Positions 1 to 12,463 of a stretch of 64,000 nt of DNA are shown one piece after another. This stretch comes from Rhizophagus irregularis. Taxonomy: Eukaryota. A program made the position numbers and the translations under genes. The stretch is taken from positions 2,542,001 through 2,606,000 of the forward strand of contig NC_089431.1 in the NCBI RefSeq assembly GCF_026210795.1, written 5' to 3'. Numbering within the stretch: position 1 is the stretch's first letter; every line of letters starts with the position of its first letter. The notes under the pieces were generated by a model. The model made no database searches. It was not told the DNA's origin and was given only the letters and a program-made list of their open reading frames with translations.

Positions 1-1130
1 AAGCCCAAAGTAAATTGACATTAAACATATTAGTTACATACTTTTATTATAAATTTATTAATTTCTAATTTGGATGTAATTTAGGCAGTTAATGTCGCTG
101 TTCTTGGTGTGAGCACATTCCAAAATGTTCAAAAAGCATTAGTTACATCAAAAAATAAACTATCAGAAATCCTGTCAGGTGAAATCTCAATCATAAGACG
201 ACTTTCGTTCTTATAGCCTAAATAATTATTTTGTGTTCCATTTTTTTAATATTAGCGTTTGAATTCTGGGATTCTGATACCTTGAAATTGTCAAAAGCAC
301 ATAATATCCAAGGAACGAAATTTCCGCTAGAAGATAATTATCCATTTTATGTATTAGTCGAAATAAGTGGATCAAACAAATACCATGATGATGATAAATT
401 GCAAAATTTTCTAGAAGAACTCTTAGCAAATGAAATAGTTAAAGATGGTGTTGTAGCACAAGATGAGACACAAATGTCAACTTTATGGTCGTTACGTGAA
501 GGTATACCAGAAGCGTGTAGTAAAGCTGGGGCTGTTTATAAATATGATATTAGTATTCCATTATCCGTATTTTATCAAATGGCTGAAGATATGAGAAATA
601 GACTACAATCCGCTGGTGTATTTGGTGAGGATAATTTGGTTAGCAATGTAATAGCTTATGGACATGTCGGCGATGGTAAGATTTTTTTTAAGCGAAGAAT
701 TTTTTTGAATTATAATAAATAAACGTAATTTTTTTACTATTTTAGGAAACCTACATTTAAACATAGTAGCTAAATCTTATGATCCTAAAGTTACTAATTT
801 AATTGAACCTTTTATATACGAATGGACAGGTATGTCGTAAGAATTTTATCGTACATTCGCGAAATATTTTGATATAAATTTTTTTTTTTGTGATAGAACA
901 ACATAATGGATCTATTTCAGCAGGTAATTTATTAATTTATATAATTTCTGTTAATAACACGTATTAATATTAATAAACTCCTTTACATAGAACATGGTCT
1001 TGGACTTATGAAAGCAAATTATTTGAAATACTCAAAATCTTCTTCAATGATTTCGATCATGAAACAAATTAAACAAAGTATTGATCCTAATGGAATTATG
1101 AATCCTTATAAATTCTTACCGACACAATAA
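1..1130 (+). CDS. DLD2: FAD-linked D-2-hydroxyglutarate/D-lactate dehydrogenase, 3' part (5' end outside window). Exons <1-9, 85-178, 256-675, 746-829, 897-923, 991-1130
   Basis: Spliced translation gives KPKAVNVAVLG..LSEILSAFEFWD, LWSLREGIPEA, YKYDISIP, YGHVGDGNLHLN, GSISAEHGLGLMK and DPNGIMNPYKFLP*, the FAD-oxidase C-terminal motifs of DLD2/D2HGDH. All introns are GT-AG and in phase. Confidence 0.93.
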
Positions 1131-1942
1131 ATAATCAAAAGTGAAAAGTATTTTCATTGCGCAATTCACAATAAATGTTTAATAATTATGTTGAATTCAA
1201 TAAATACTTTAAATCTCTTTTAGATGCATATACTAATAAATTTAATTTAAATATATGAAATTTGAGAGAACAAAATTTCGAGCATAAATATTTTGTTTAT
1301 TGACTGTGTTTATACAAGGATATGATAATTTATCATTACAAATTTTAGTAGCGCTAGTATATACAGGAATTTATAACTTTCATGTTTTCTTATACTACAA
1401 CCATCTGTCAGTTTTTATAATATGCACAACACATTGATTGTACTTTTGAAAATGTTAATAAGTACAAATATATCTAATATAACAAAAAAATCCTTATAAT
1501 TTTCAAGTTTCTATAATAATTTGATATATTTCTCGTTTGTCTTGCTATTTGTTTCACATACCCACAACAAAAATTATCAGTATAGCTTCGAATTTTTTCA
1601 CTAACTGACACCTTTCAATTGTTTAAAAAAAATAATGGTTTGTTATTTAATTTTTAAGCGATAGAAGGTTAGGGGGTATTGGGGTTCTAATAAAATAAAA
1701 ATCAGAGATTAAAAAAAGTTTCATTTTATATTTCTTTTTTTTTAAAAAAAAATAACTTACCATGTAGTGTTGCTTATTGTTTTTCCATCTATTGTTAACA
1801 CCGTTTCTCTGAATAACTATAGCCATTGGTGAACATCCACTTAGAGGTAGTCCCTCTTTTGCACTATTATGAGGGTTATTCGGTTTTTTGATTTTAACTT
1901 TATTTTGTTTCAAAATATGTTAATAGACATGAACGAATAAGT

Positions 1943-2104
1943 GACACCTCTATAAGTGCACCTATAAGTGCACGGTGGGTGGGCCTGGTCCCAACTTATA
2001 AGAGCTCTTAATATTTTACTCTCTATTAATGCACACCCTCTCTAAGTGCACCGTCTACTATTTTTTTACCATGGTCCAAGTGGGGGTGCACTAAGAGAGT
2101 ATAC
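1943..2104. mobile_element. Degenerate MITE-like element built from a CTC(T/A)TAAGTGCACC motif
   Basis: The motif occurs directly at ~1948-1962, 1963-1973 and 2038-2052, and inverted (GGTGCACTAAGAGAG) at 2085-2099. Non-coding and GC-richer than its flanks; the termini are imperfect. Confidence 0.45.
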
Positions 2105-3094
2105 CTTTTTTTTTTTTTATACTTATGGGAAGTTACCTCAACAATCACGTGGTCAGTGACGAATCAGACAGCCAATTCCAACGTGATCTTAATGAAGCCT
2201 GATAACTGGAGGAGATGACAATTCATGACATACTCGTTAGCGTAGTAAAATAAACCTAGAGGAGATGATCGGCATAAGATATATAAATGGGACTGACGCG
2301 ATGCGCTTTATCATCAAAAATTTGATACGGGACATACAGTAGTAATAATTAATTATTATTAATAAAAATCCGAAAGTCTAATTAGCCTGGAGCAAAAAAA
2401 GATTATTAATTTTATAGTAAAATTAAAAAAGACAATAATAAAATTTTAAACTTACAACTCTGGTAATGTTCTACGAACTTTATGTCCTGCACGACGATCT
2501 GGCATTTCTATGATATATATATATATATATATATAATTTTTTTTTTTAGAGTTCTCATAATCCACTCATAACTCATAATCCACTTATTAATCCATTCATG
2601 AACTTAAAAATATTAGAGAAACCACGTGTCATGATTGTTTAGGAGGACTTTGACATGGCAAGTTGGTTATATGACACGCCTAGAAAATATCAATTAGTAA
2701 AAACCAGCTGCTAAAGATGATATAAAGAAAGGACTTGCAGATTCAAAAAAAAAATTGAAAGCATATTTTCTAGTATCATTAAAGAAAGCACTAAATGTCT
2801 TCTCTGTAAATTTACTGTAAAAAGGGTTCAATTAAGGATTTATTTGTTTGTTTTATATGAATTATTGTGGCGTGTTAAATTGTAGTAGTACTTAGTGTGT
2901 TAAATTGTAGTAGTATTTTAGTGTGTTAAATATTAGAAATACGTATAAATCGTATAAATATTTGGATGTTCCACGTGATTTCACGACTTGCTAAAATGGG
3001 TAGCATTTACTATTTATAAATTTTGAAGTTCAGATAACATTAATAAGGCATCAAGGAAATCAATATACAAAATATTAAATAGTTTTTTTTTTAT

Positions 3095-3244
3095 ATCATT
3101 AAATAATAAATTGGTTTGATTTATCAATTTTAATCTTGGGGTGAGTCACATTAAAATATTAACGGTAAATCATTGAATAATAAATAAATTGGTTTGATTT
3201 ATCAATTTTAATCTGAGTCGAGTCAAATTAAAATACAACGCTAA
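3095..3244. repeat. Two-copy ~75-bp tandem duplication
   Basis: Units 3095-3168 and 3169-3244 share ATAAATTGGTTTGATTTATCAATTTTAATCT..GAGTCA.ATTAAAATA. Confidence 0.85.
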
Positions 3245-3450
3245 AATGAATTTAGTATATACATAAGTTCTTATAAAAAGATGTCACATTTTAAATAATG
3301 ATATTTTAACCAAATACAAAAAAAAAAAGGTATCACTTTATTTATAATAATAAAAAATATAATTTTTACATGTATTTTTATATGTAGGAAAAAAAAAAAA
3401 AAAAGAAATGGAATCATAATTTTCATACTCAAAAAAAAAAAGTCTCATTT

Positions 3451-4425
3451 TCATTTCTTTTTGAAAAGAGAACTTACGGCATCAGCAGCTTCAGTAAAGA
3501 AATTTTTACCATCCCCATCAGAGTCACCACCAAATTTAAGTAATAAACCTTTAACATCATTCTTAAATTTATCATCTCTAAAAATATTATTTCTTAATTC
3601 TTCTTCAATATTTTTTAATAAAGATTCTTCGAATTGATCTATAAAAGGTCTAATAAATTTCGAAATTCTAGCTGGTAATTTAGCGAAAAGTCTATCAATA
3701 AAATTTCCTTCATCCTTTCCTTCTCCAAAAATTTTTAATATCTTTGAAAGTTTCTTTCCACCTTCTTCTTCACCAGTATCGCTACTTTTACTACTTTTTG
3801 AAAATATTCCACGAGATTGAACATCATCATTTTTTTTATTTTTATCAAAAATAGATTTTCCTACTGTACCAATCATATTTCCTTTAACATGTTGAGGTAC
3901 TTTTTCACTAACTTCTTTATTAATTTCTTCTCCTGAATTATGTACGGGAGGTTGAATAAGTTCTATAATTTGTCTAATAATACCTTCTTTACCTTCTTTC
4001 AAAAATCCAAAATCAAAGTTTTTGAAAAAATTTTTAATATCATCATCATCATCATCATCATCATCATTAGCGAAATCCCATACAGCTTTTTTTGATTCAG
4101 TAACAATAATATCAGTAATTTTATCAGGTGAATCAATTGTTACTTCATCTATATGTCTTCTTGTATCTTCACGAATATCTTCCTTAAAATCATCCGATAA
4201 TTTATCAGTTAAGGAAGTTACTACTTTAAGTACATTTTCAAGAATTGTATCATTTTCATCATCTCCATCGTCAACTTTATTTTTAATAAAATCCATAATC
4301 TTATCAGGAAGTTTTTCTACTATTATTTCTTTAAGTTTTTCCAAGTTTCTTTCAACATGGTCTTTTAATTTATCCCGATGGTTATCAATATAAGTTTCAA
4401 CTGCTTTTGCAACCCTGTCACGCAT
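3451..4425 (-). CDS. Intronless 324-aa acidic, Cys-free, predicted all-alpha protein of unknown function
   Basis: Long ORF in very AT-rich DNA with A-rich start context (ATAATAATG), amphipathic helical patterning and a poly-Asp tract. No family recognised. Confidence 0.85.
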   Translation of the reverse strand: MRDRVAKAVETYIDNHRDKLKDHVERNLEKLKEIIVEKLPDKIMDFIKNKVDDGDDENDTILENVLKVVTSLTDKLSDDFKEDIREDTRRHIDEVTIDSPDKITDIIVTESKKAVWDFANDDDDDDDDDIKNFFKNFDFGFLKEGKEGIIRQIIELIQPPVHNSGEEINKEVSEKVPQHVKGNMIGTVGKSIFDKNKKNDDVQSRGIFSKSSKSSDTGEEEGGKKLSKILKIFGEGKDEGNFIDRLFAKLPARISKFIRPFIDQFEESLLKNIEEELRNNIFRDDKFKNDVKGLLLKFGGDSDGDGKNFFTEAADAVSSLFKKK

Positions 4426-7400
4426 TATTATTTATTTTAAAATAATAATAAAAAAGTTTATATTTAAGTTATTTTTAAAAAGTGAAAAAAAAAAAATTTC
4501 TTTCGAGGGAAAGAAAGTTTTAGAAAAGTAATATGATTAACATTTATATATACTTTGTGTTCCATGAGAAAAATCTAATCTGGCGTTTAATTTTTTGTGT
4601 TATATAGACCTTTCGGTATTAATGACATGGCTTATTGATAATAAATTTCCTTCTTTAGTTTACAACCGAAAAAAATATACTCTTTGTAGAACAATCTTGT
4701 ACAATTATGGCCTATTAATTTGTAATCACAAATATGGAAAGATTAGTTGCTAAGCATTGCACTCTAATTACGTTTTTCTTATGTTACAAAGTCGATCGAA
4801 CATAATCTTTTCAGCCAATTAAATCATTATAATATTTAAAGTATAAAAGATTATGAATGAGACTAACTAATATTGTGTAAGCAAATCAAACATTTATTAC
4901 ATTCTCAAGTAATCAAGTAATCGTGAATTCGTTAAATAAATTTTATTCCGATTCAAGGTATATTAATCGATTCACGTGTTCCTCTGTATATTAGCCAATA
5001 ATCAGTTTTTATCATATTATTCGTAAAGAGTTTTCCGTGTGTTCCCTTATCATTTACCCCTTAGTAAAAAAAAAAAAGTTGTAATATTTAATAAGCAATT
5101 TAATCATTTTTTTTTCATTTGTACTTTTTCCCTTATAAATGAAAATCAAACAAAAAAAAAATTTATGCATAAAAAAAAATGAAACCAAAATTCGGTTATT
5201 TCTTAAAAGTTGATTTAAATTGCGCCAATAGTGCTTGCTCATCGGACTTATGCAATTATCTATTTTTGCTATTTAGTTTCTGGTTTGGTATAATATGATA
5301 CGCATTATGATATCACAAATGTATGTTAATCGCAATACTTATAATTTAATGTAATACTTGTAATACTTTTTATGCTTGTTGGCGGTTGAAATTTATTATG
5401 TAAATATGTAAAACGTGAGGAGAATCCACAAACGTGAATCATTAAGTATGCATAAATAGAGTTGAAGATAAACATTTCATATTCGTTATATTTTTAAATT
5501 CCATTAAACTATAATCGTTTTTTTTTTCGTTTTTTTTTAAAAAAAAATGAAATGAAAAAAAGAAAAAAGAAAAGAGAAGAAAAGAGAATCTGAAATAAGG
5601 TATATCAAATGAGTATTTCTAAAGTTTTGATTTGTTGATCAAAATTCTTTTAGATTTGATTTAAAAAAATGGGAATATTTATAAAAGATAGTAAATATGA
5701 AAAAAAAAAAATCATTTTCATTTCCAAATAAAATTTCGGGTGACTTTTTTTACATTGCCATAAAGGTTTACAACAATGAACTATAAAACTGCGATGAATC
5801 TAAAGCAAATAAGGAAATTAAAAAGGAAATTATTTATCCGATTTCCCGATTTCCCGACTTTCCGATTTCCCGTGGAATAACAAAACGGAAAAGAATAAAA
5901 AAGCGAATAAAAACTAAAAACGTATAAAAAGTTAAAAATGAATAAAAACGTATTAAATATTAAAAAATTTATTAAAATATCATTTTTTTTCTTCTTCTTC
6001 TTCTTCTTCTTTTCATCGTTCTTTTTTTTATTATTATAAAAACCCTTTTGTTATCTCAAAAATTTTTTATTAATACTTTAATACTTGTAATATTCTTTTA
6101 ATACAGTATAACGACTATACGATATAACGAATTTTCATGGTAAAACGGATAAAGCGATTTTTTAAGGGTTTATCTTTATAAAATAAACATATAAAAAATC
6201 GGTATATAAAACTTATAAATTTTGATATAAGGTTATATCGAGTTTTAACTGTATTAACAAAACACTTTTGGATAGTTTGTTGTTTTACGGGACTTGCTGA
6301 AAAATCATTGAACTATTATTGAACTTTATGAAATAAAATCACGTATCGCCAAAATATCAACGTGGACAGACCGCTTAACATGGCTTAACATGGCTTAACA
6401 TGACATAACCCGACTTTAACTAAATATATATTTTAAAATATCTATCGTTCTTGAAGTAGCTTTGAAGATGAAAAGAATGGTTATAATGAAAATTATGAAA
6501 GTTTGAATCAGCTGATGCTTGCGTTTCCACTTTGGTGGTATATGTTGTACTTCAGATGATTTGCGTCAGATGATTGATAAACTCAAGATATCTCTGTGAT
6601 TTAAATGCTATCCCTTCAATGTGTGAAATATGTGAAATGAGTGAAATATCATAATAAATTCGGGTAAAATCATAAGTAAACTTCAAATCACCTCGTGAAT
6701 AATTTAAATAATTTGATGATATTTTATGTAAATTATGATTGAACGAAAAAAAAATTACGTTACGTCATACTTAAAAATTTAAAGTTTTTTATAATACTTT
6801 TATAATACGATTCATATTTTATAATATTTTATGTGATTATTTTTAAATATCTAATGCAAATGTCACCTGAGAACACCTGAGGCGCGAATTTACGCAACAC
6901 ACACATTAATACAGTACCGTATGTATATTTATATATATACATATATTGATATTATTAAAACTGTAATTAACAATATATATATATATATAATATATATCAG
7001 GTTTTTTTTATTATTATTATTTTAATTTATTGAAATAAATTAAATTCAATTTAAATTCATACATAAATTATAATATATACATACATACATAAAAAAAAAA
7101 TTTTTTTTTTTAATTAATCCAAATTTATATTACAAAAAAAATATATATATATATATATATGTATAATATGTATATATAAAAATAAATAAATAAATTTTAA
7201 AGTTAAATTATAAAAAAAAAAAACGTTTTTAAAAATTTATTTACTGATATTTACCAGGTTTTTCCGTTTTTCCGTGATAAATACGGTCCTTTTTTTTTCA
7301 AATCGGAAAAATCGGAAAAAATTGGTCATTGTTTTTTTTGTTTTTTTTTTTTGTTTTTTTTTGTTGATTTTTTGGTTTGTTTTTTTTTTTGTTCTTGTGA

Positions 7401-8507
7401 TACTACTTTTATACTACTTTTCACAAAGATTCTCACGAGCGTTACACATCGTTACATACATTTTTTTTTTTTTTTGGCGGTTTATTATTCATATTCGGTA
7501 ATTACTTACCGGTTATTCTCTCTATTTTTTTTTCCGTGTTAAAAAAAAAAAATAGTCAAGCATACATTAAAAAAAAAAAAGACTAAACCAAAAAAAAACT
7601 CTTTCAGAACATTCTCGTGAAATCTTAATTAAAAATTTTTTTTTTTTTGTGATCTGTTTGTTAAATGTAAATGTTACTGTACGGTTTAAATGTACGTGCC
7701 ATGGAGTAATAATGGAGTAATAATGGGAAGTATATTAATGTAAAGTTAATAATGGAAGTTTTATTATTTCGGAATAATAAGATGATGAATAATGTTCATT
7801 GTTTTTTTTTTATTTACGATCCAAAAAGGTTTATTTTTTTAAACAAGTTTAAAAAAAAAATTATATATATATACATACATACATTACATACATGCACATA
7901 TAAAAAAATATATATATATATAAATATAATATATATATATATACATACAAAAGCACATCATATAATATATAAATAGGTTAGATTACATTGATTACATTAG
8001 ATAATGGGAATATTTTTTTTTTTTTTACGTTACACGTAATATAAATTAAGGTTTATTTTATAATTTTTTTTTTTTATAAAAGATTAACAATCGATTTTAT
8101 TTTGATTTTATTTTGATTTTTATTTGATAATTTTTTTTTTTTTTTTTTTTATAAAAAAAGATTGACAAATGAAAAATTGAATTTCATGATATTTAAGCCC
8201 ATTTTAATGATATTAGGGGACCTTTAAAAAATTTCTTTTAAATAATCTATTAAATAATCTTTTTAATTACTCTTTTAAATTAAATAATCTTTTTTAAATA
8301 ATCTTTTTTAAAAATCTTTTATATGTATATTAGAAAAAAAACAAACAAACAAGAAACAATTGTTTAACTTTACCGTCCCTACGGGTTTTTTTTTTTTTAA
8401 ACTTTTTTTTTTTTTTTTTCAAAAAGTTTAAAAATGATGTGTAACGTGTCAAAACTTTTTTTTTTAATGTTTTTCTTTCACGTGTTAATTCTTTTTTATC
8501 AATCATG

Positions 8508-8695
8508 TTCAAGATGGTCAAGATGGTCAAAGATGGTCAAGATAAATTTGTCAAAATGTTAAAGATAAGTCAAGATAAATCTGTCAAAAGATATAAAATC
8601 TGTCAAAAGATAAATCTGTCAGAAAGATAAGTTTGTCAAAAAGATAAGTTATTCTGTCAAGATAAGTTATTCTGTCAAAAGATGGATTAGATAAT
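8508..8695. repeat. Degenerate minisatellite of AGATAA...TGTCA units, preceded by CAAGATGGT repeats
   Basis: About 8 AGATAA and 7 TGTCA motifs alternate within 190 bp. Confidence 0.75.
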
Positions 8696-10427
8696 AAATT
8701 TTTTTTTTACGCGTCCTTAAAAAAACGCGTCATTACATAATATTTACATTACAACATTTTAAAAAAAAATTATATAATTGCAGTCAAGAGTTTTTTTTTT
8801 TGCCAATTCTCAAAAAAACAATAAATGTATAAATATATACATTTTATTGATTAAATCTTTGTTATAAAAAAAAGAGTTTTTTTTTCCTTTGCCAATAAGA
8901 AAAAAAACTGAAAAAAAAAGATGCTAGAAAAAAATATGAACAAATTACAAAATTAAAAAAAAAAGGAAAAGAAATTTTTTTGAAAAAGAAAAAAGAATTC
9001 AGATTAAAAAAAAAGAAGAGATGAATGGATATTCAGATTATTAAATAAATAAAAAAAACAATTGCCAGAGTAGAGAAGTATATTACATACTAAAAACATT
9101 CCTCGATCTTAAAAAATCGTCATATGAAGAAAAATAAAGCTTTTTTTTTTTACAAAAAAAAAAAAGAATTAATTAATTAACACAAATAGTAATAATATAA
9201 TAATAAATAAAAATGCCTTAACGAAAAAACCAATTTTACCAACAAAAAAATATAAATTTACATACATATTGTATAAAAAAAAAGGGATGAAAAAAAAGGG
9301 GAAAATACATAGGAAAAAAAAAGTTAAGTACAAAGAAAATAAAAAATATATATATAAGAAAAAAAAAAGATGATGGGATAATATATATATAAGAAGAAAA
9401 AAGATGGAAAAAAAAATATAAAACAAAAAAAAAGTGAACCAAAAAAATTATATAAAACATAAATTACTTGTTATAATAATTTCATTTTTTTTAACTAGCA
9501 AAAAAAAAGAGGAGGGAGAATGATAAATTTGCTTAATTTGAATTTTACGTGGTGATTATTTTTTTATAATTAATTATATAACGTTTCGTTTTTGTTGATA
9601 GTCGTGTAAGTATCGTTAAAAGTATTCGTTAAAAGTATTCGTTAAAAGTATCGTTAAGGATATTTTTTTGTTTCATTAATTTTTATAATAATGGATTTTT
9701 CTTTTTTTTTGCTAAATGAAATTATAAGATTCTCCCGATAATAACTTAGACTACTTCGTAATGATTCATGATAAACTTATTATAGAGTGGTTGTTGATAA
9801 AAAAACATAAATAAAATAATTTTTTTTTTTTTCGAATGTACAATTAATTGTGAGATAAAAAGATACGAAACAAAACGTGTGTAAAAAAGTTTTTTTTTTT
9901 ATATATGACGAAAAAATAAAAAAAAAAAAAATAATTTTTTTTTTGCAAAACGAAAAATGGGGGATGTGGTGGTGTTTATAAACAAGGGAAGAAGAGTAAA
10001 AAATGTGTATATATATATACTCCAAAATAAAAAAAAAAGTCTTTCTTAAATTTTACTCTCCTTTTTCGTATGATACAAAATATTTACAGTACATACGGCA
10101 TCATCAATCGAATTTTTGGTACTATCGACTTATACGATCGATATAATTATATAATAAAAAAAAAAAATTTTTTTTTTAAAAGGAGGAAAATAAATAAATA
10201 ATGATAAAATAAAAAAAAAAAAAAACAATTTCTTTTTTTTTTTTCTTCACGAAATAAAAAAATTTTTTTTTTTTTTAAAAAAAAACGAAAAAAAAAATGT
10301 GCGCCACAATATATATTATACCGACCCATGCCGATAAATTTTTTTTTTTTGGTTTTTTTTTTTAGAATATATATGTATAAATTTTCTCTTTTTTAAAAAT
10401 TGATCCAACCAACAACTTAAAGTTCAT

Positions 10428-12463
10428 TCATAGAGGTGTTTGACACTTGCAACACCGTTTCGGATCAGGTGAATCGCCATTCTTTGGTTTCTTAAACATC
10501 GCATTGTATTCGGACTTGAGTGGAATATATCTACACTCTGGATTAACACAAACACATTTGGTCTTTTTATATCTATAAAATTAAGAAAAATTAATTAGAA
10601 CATACCACAAATTTAAATATATAATTAATAATATATTAATACTAACCGTAACCCGCAACTATTGCATAGCATAAGATCTGTACTCCAACCTGGACGCCAG
10701 CAAGGAGTGCTCTTGGTTCTACAACTGGCACAAACTTTTACCTTACTGTTAGATTCTTTTCTTCCAACAGTTTTTGATCCTCTTTGCACCTCCGATCTAC
10801 GTTTCTTTGCCGGAGGCGCGAAATCCGGATCGTCTTCATCATCACCAAAATTATCTGAATTAAGATCAAAGTCGCTTAGTTCTGATGGTGGAATAGATAA
10901 TGATGAGGATACGGACATAGAATCACGACGTTTGGATGGTTGCATACGATAATATGCAGCAGCTGCAGCAGCTGCTGCTGCAACAGCAGATGATGATGAT
11001 GATGAAGTAGAACAAATAGAAGAACCGCGAGGGGACTTATTATTCTCACCAGAATTTGATGATCTGGGAACTTGAGAACCAGATGATGGTAAAATTAATT
11101 TTTTTGAAGGTCGACCGACTGAAGCGACACGACGTTTTCTTGCTTTAGCTTCTTCAATCGCTGTTGAATTATTAATTTGAGAGTCGATCATTTGATCATA
11201 TCCTAATTTGAACATGTCCAATTCTTGATTTTCTTTTTTATTTTTGGCTCTTGTCACGGGTCTGGTTCTCATCTTATTTTTCCTTGCTTGAGTTAACCTA
11301 CGTACAATATCTGGTAATAATAAAGGACGATGAATTATTTTTGCCAATTGTGGTTTGTTATGATTATGATGATTATTATGATGATGATTATGTTGTTGTT
11401 GTTGTTGTTGTTGTTGTTGATTATTACTATTGTTATTATCTTTATTCTTTATAACGGATTGTGAAGAATCTTTGTTCATATTATTGGACTCAACATTATT
11501 ATTATTATTATTAATAATCTCCTTATTTTTATCATCATCATTATCATTATTAGAACGATTTGATGGTAAAGCATTATCGAATACGATTGGAAATCTAAAT
11601 ACAAATCCAGGTTCTCGTAACAAATCTTCATGACTAGGAGATTTATAAGGAATTCCTTTACGCTTACTTCTTCTATCAGAACGATTTGGAATAGGTACAG
11701 TTCTTGGAGCTGCGGAAGCGGCAACTATAGCATTAACTATGGAAGAATTTCCTAAACCGGTTTCATTCTTCTTTTCATCATTGGTGATCGATCGATCCGA
11801 TTTTGATTTTATAGACTTGGATGATGTGCTGGAAATCTTTTGTAAGACTCTATTACTATATGATGTAATAGCAATACTAGATGATGATGCGGATGACGTA
11901 CTTTTTGATGACGTCAAACACGAGATCGAGCATGATTGGTCAGTTGAAGAAGAAGAGGCGGTCGAATCAGAAGATTCATCATCCGGAGGAGATATCGGTG
12001 AAGACGCAGAATCTGAAAGATCAGGAACTGAAGATACAGAATCACAAACTGAAGGAGTTGATGAAATTGATAAATCACCATAATTATTATTATTTGAATG
12101 AAATGATGATAAAGAATTCGGTAATTTAATATTATTAGAATCAGCAGCTATACGAGCGACGAGTAATGGAACAATTGAAGGATCAGTTATATAAAAACGA
12201 CATTTTGATTGAGATTGAATATAAGGTTCAGGGGTAGATGGATTCGAAGTTTCTGAAGTGATATCATGTATAGAAGAAACGGAAGTAGGAATGATTTTTG
12301 AATTTTTCGAATTATTAATAATATTTAAATTCTTTTCGTTTTCTTTAATACCGGAATCTGAATTAGGAAAAAAAGGATTTTTAGAATCCGAAGTATCGTT
12401 CGCGGGAGGTGTCGGTATTCCAAAATTTGCTGATGACATGTTTAAAGTTGATGGTTGTGCCAT
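10428..12463 (-). CDS. ASH1-like GATA zinc-finger transcription factor, ~653 aa. Exons 12463-10647 and 10572-10428
   Basis: Spliced C-terminus [50 protein letters not shown]..RCCKC contains a C-x2-C-x18-C-x2-C GATA finger with the PCWRP.W, LRYKKT, C..IP.K.E and trailing CxxC features of the yeast Ash1 subfamily. The N-terminus is long and S/N/Q/H-rich. Confidence 0.88.

Noticed and set aside
1647..2505. Possible small minus-strand gene: ATG exon MPDRRAGHKVRRTLPE with a GTAAGT donor (2505-2456) and an exon-like piece at 1761-1890
   Set aside because: No in-frame multi-exon model could be built and no family was recognised; at most a decayed gene.
4022..4393. Antisense/shadow ORFs overlapping real genes (also 10662-12467, 25636-25983, 37966-39370, 42262-42624, 55764-56000, 62988-63329)
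   Set aside because: Explained by codon bias or repeats of the gene on the other strand or frame.
5054..10329. Short F/K/I/Y-rich ORFs in the track (also those at 13894-23158)
   Set aside because: Translations of A/T homopolymers and microsatellites, with no coding signal or splice structure.
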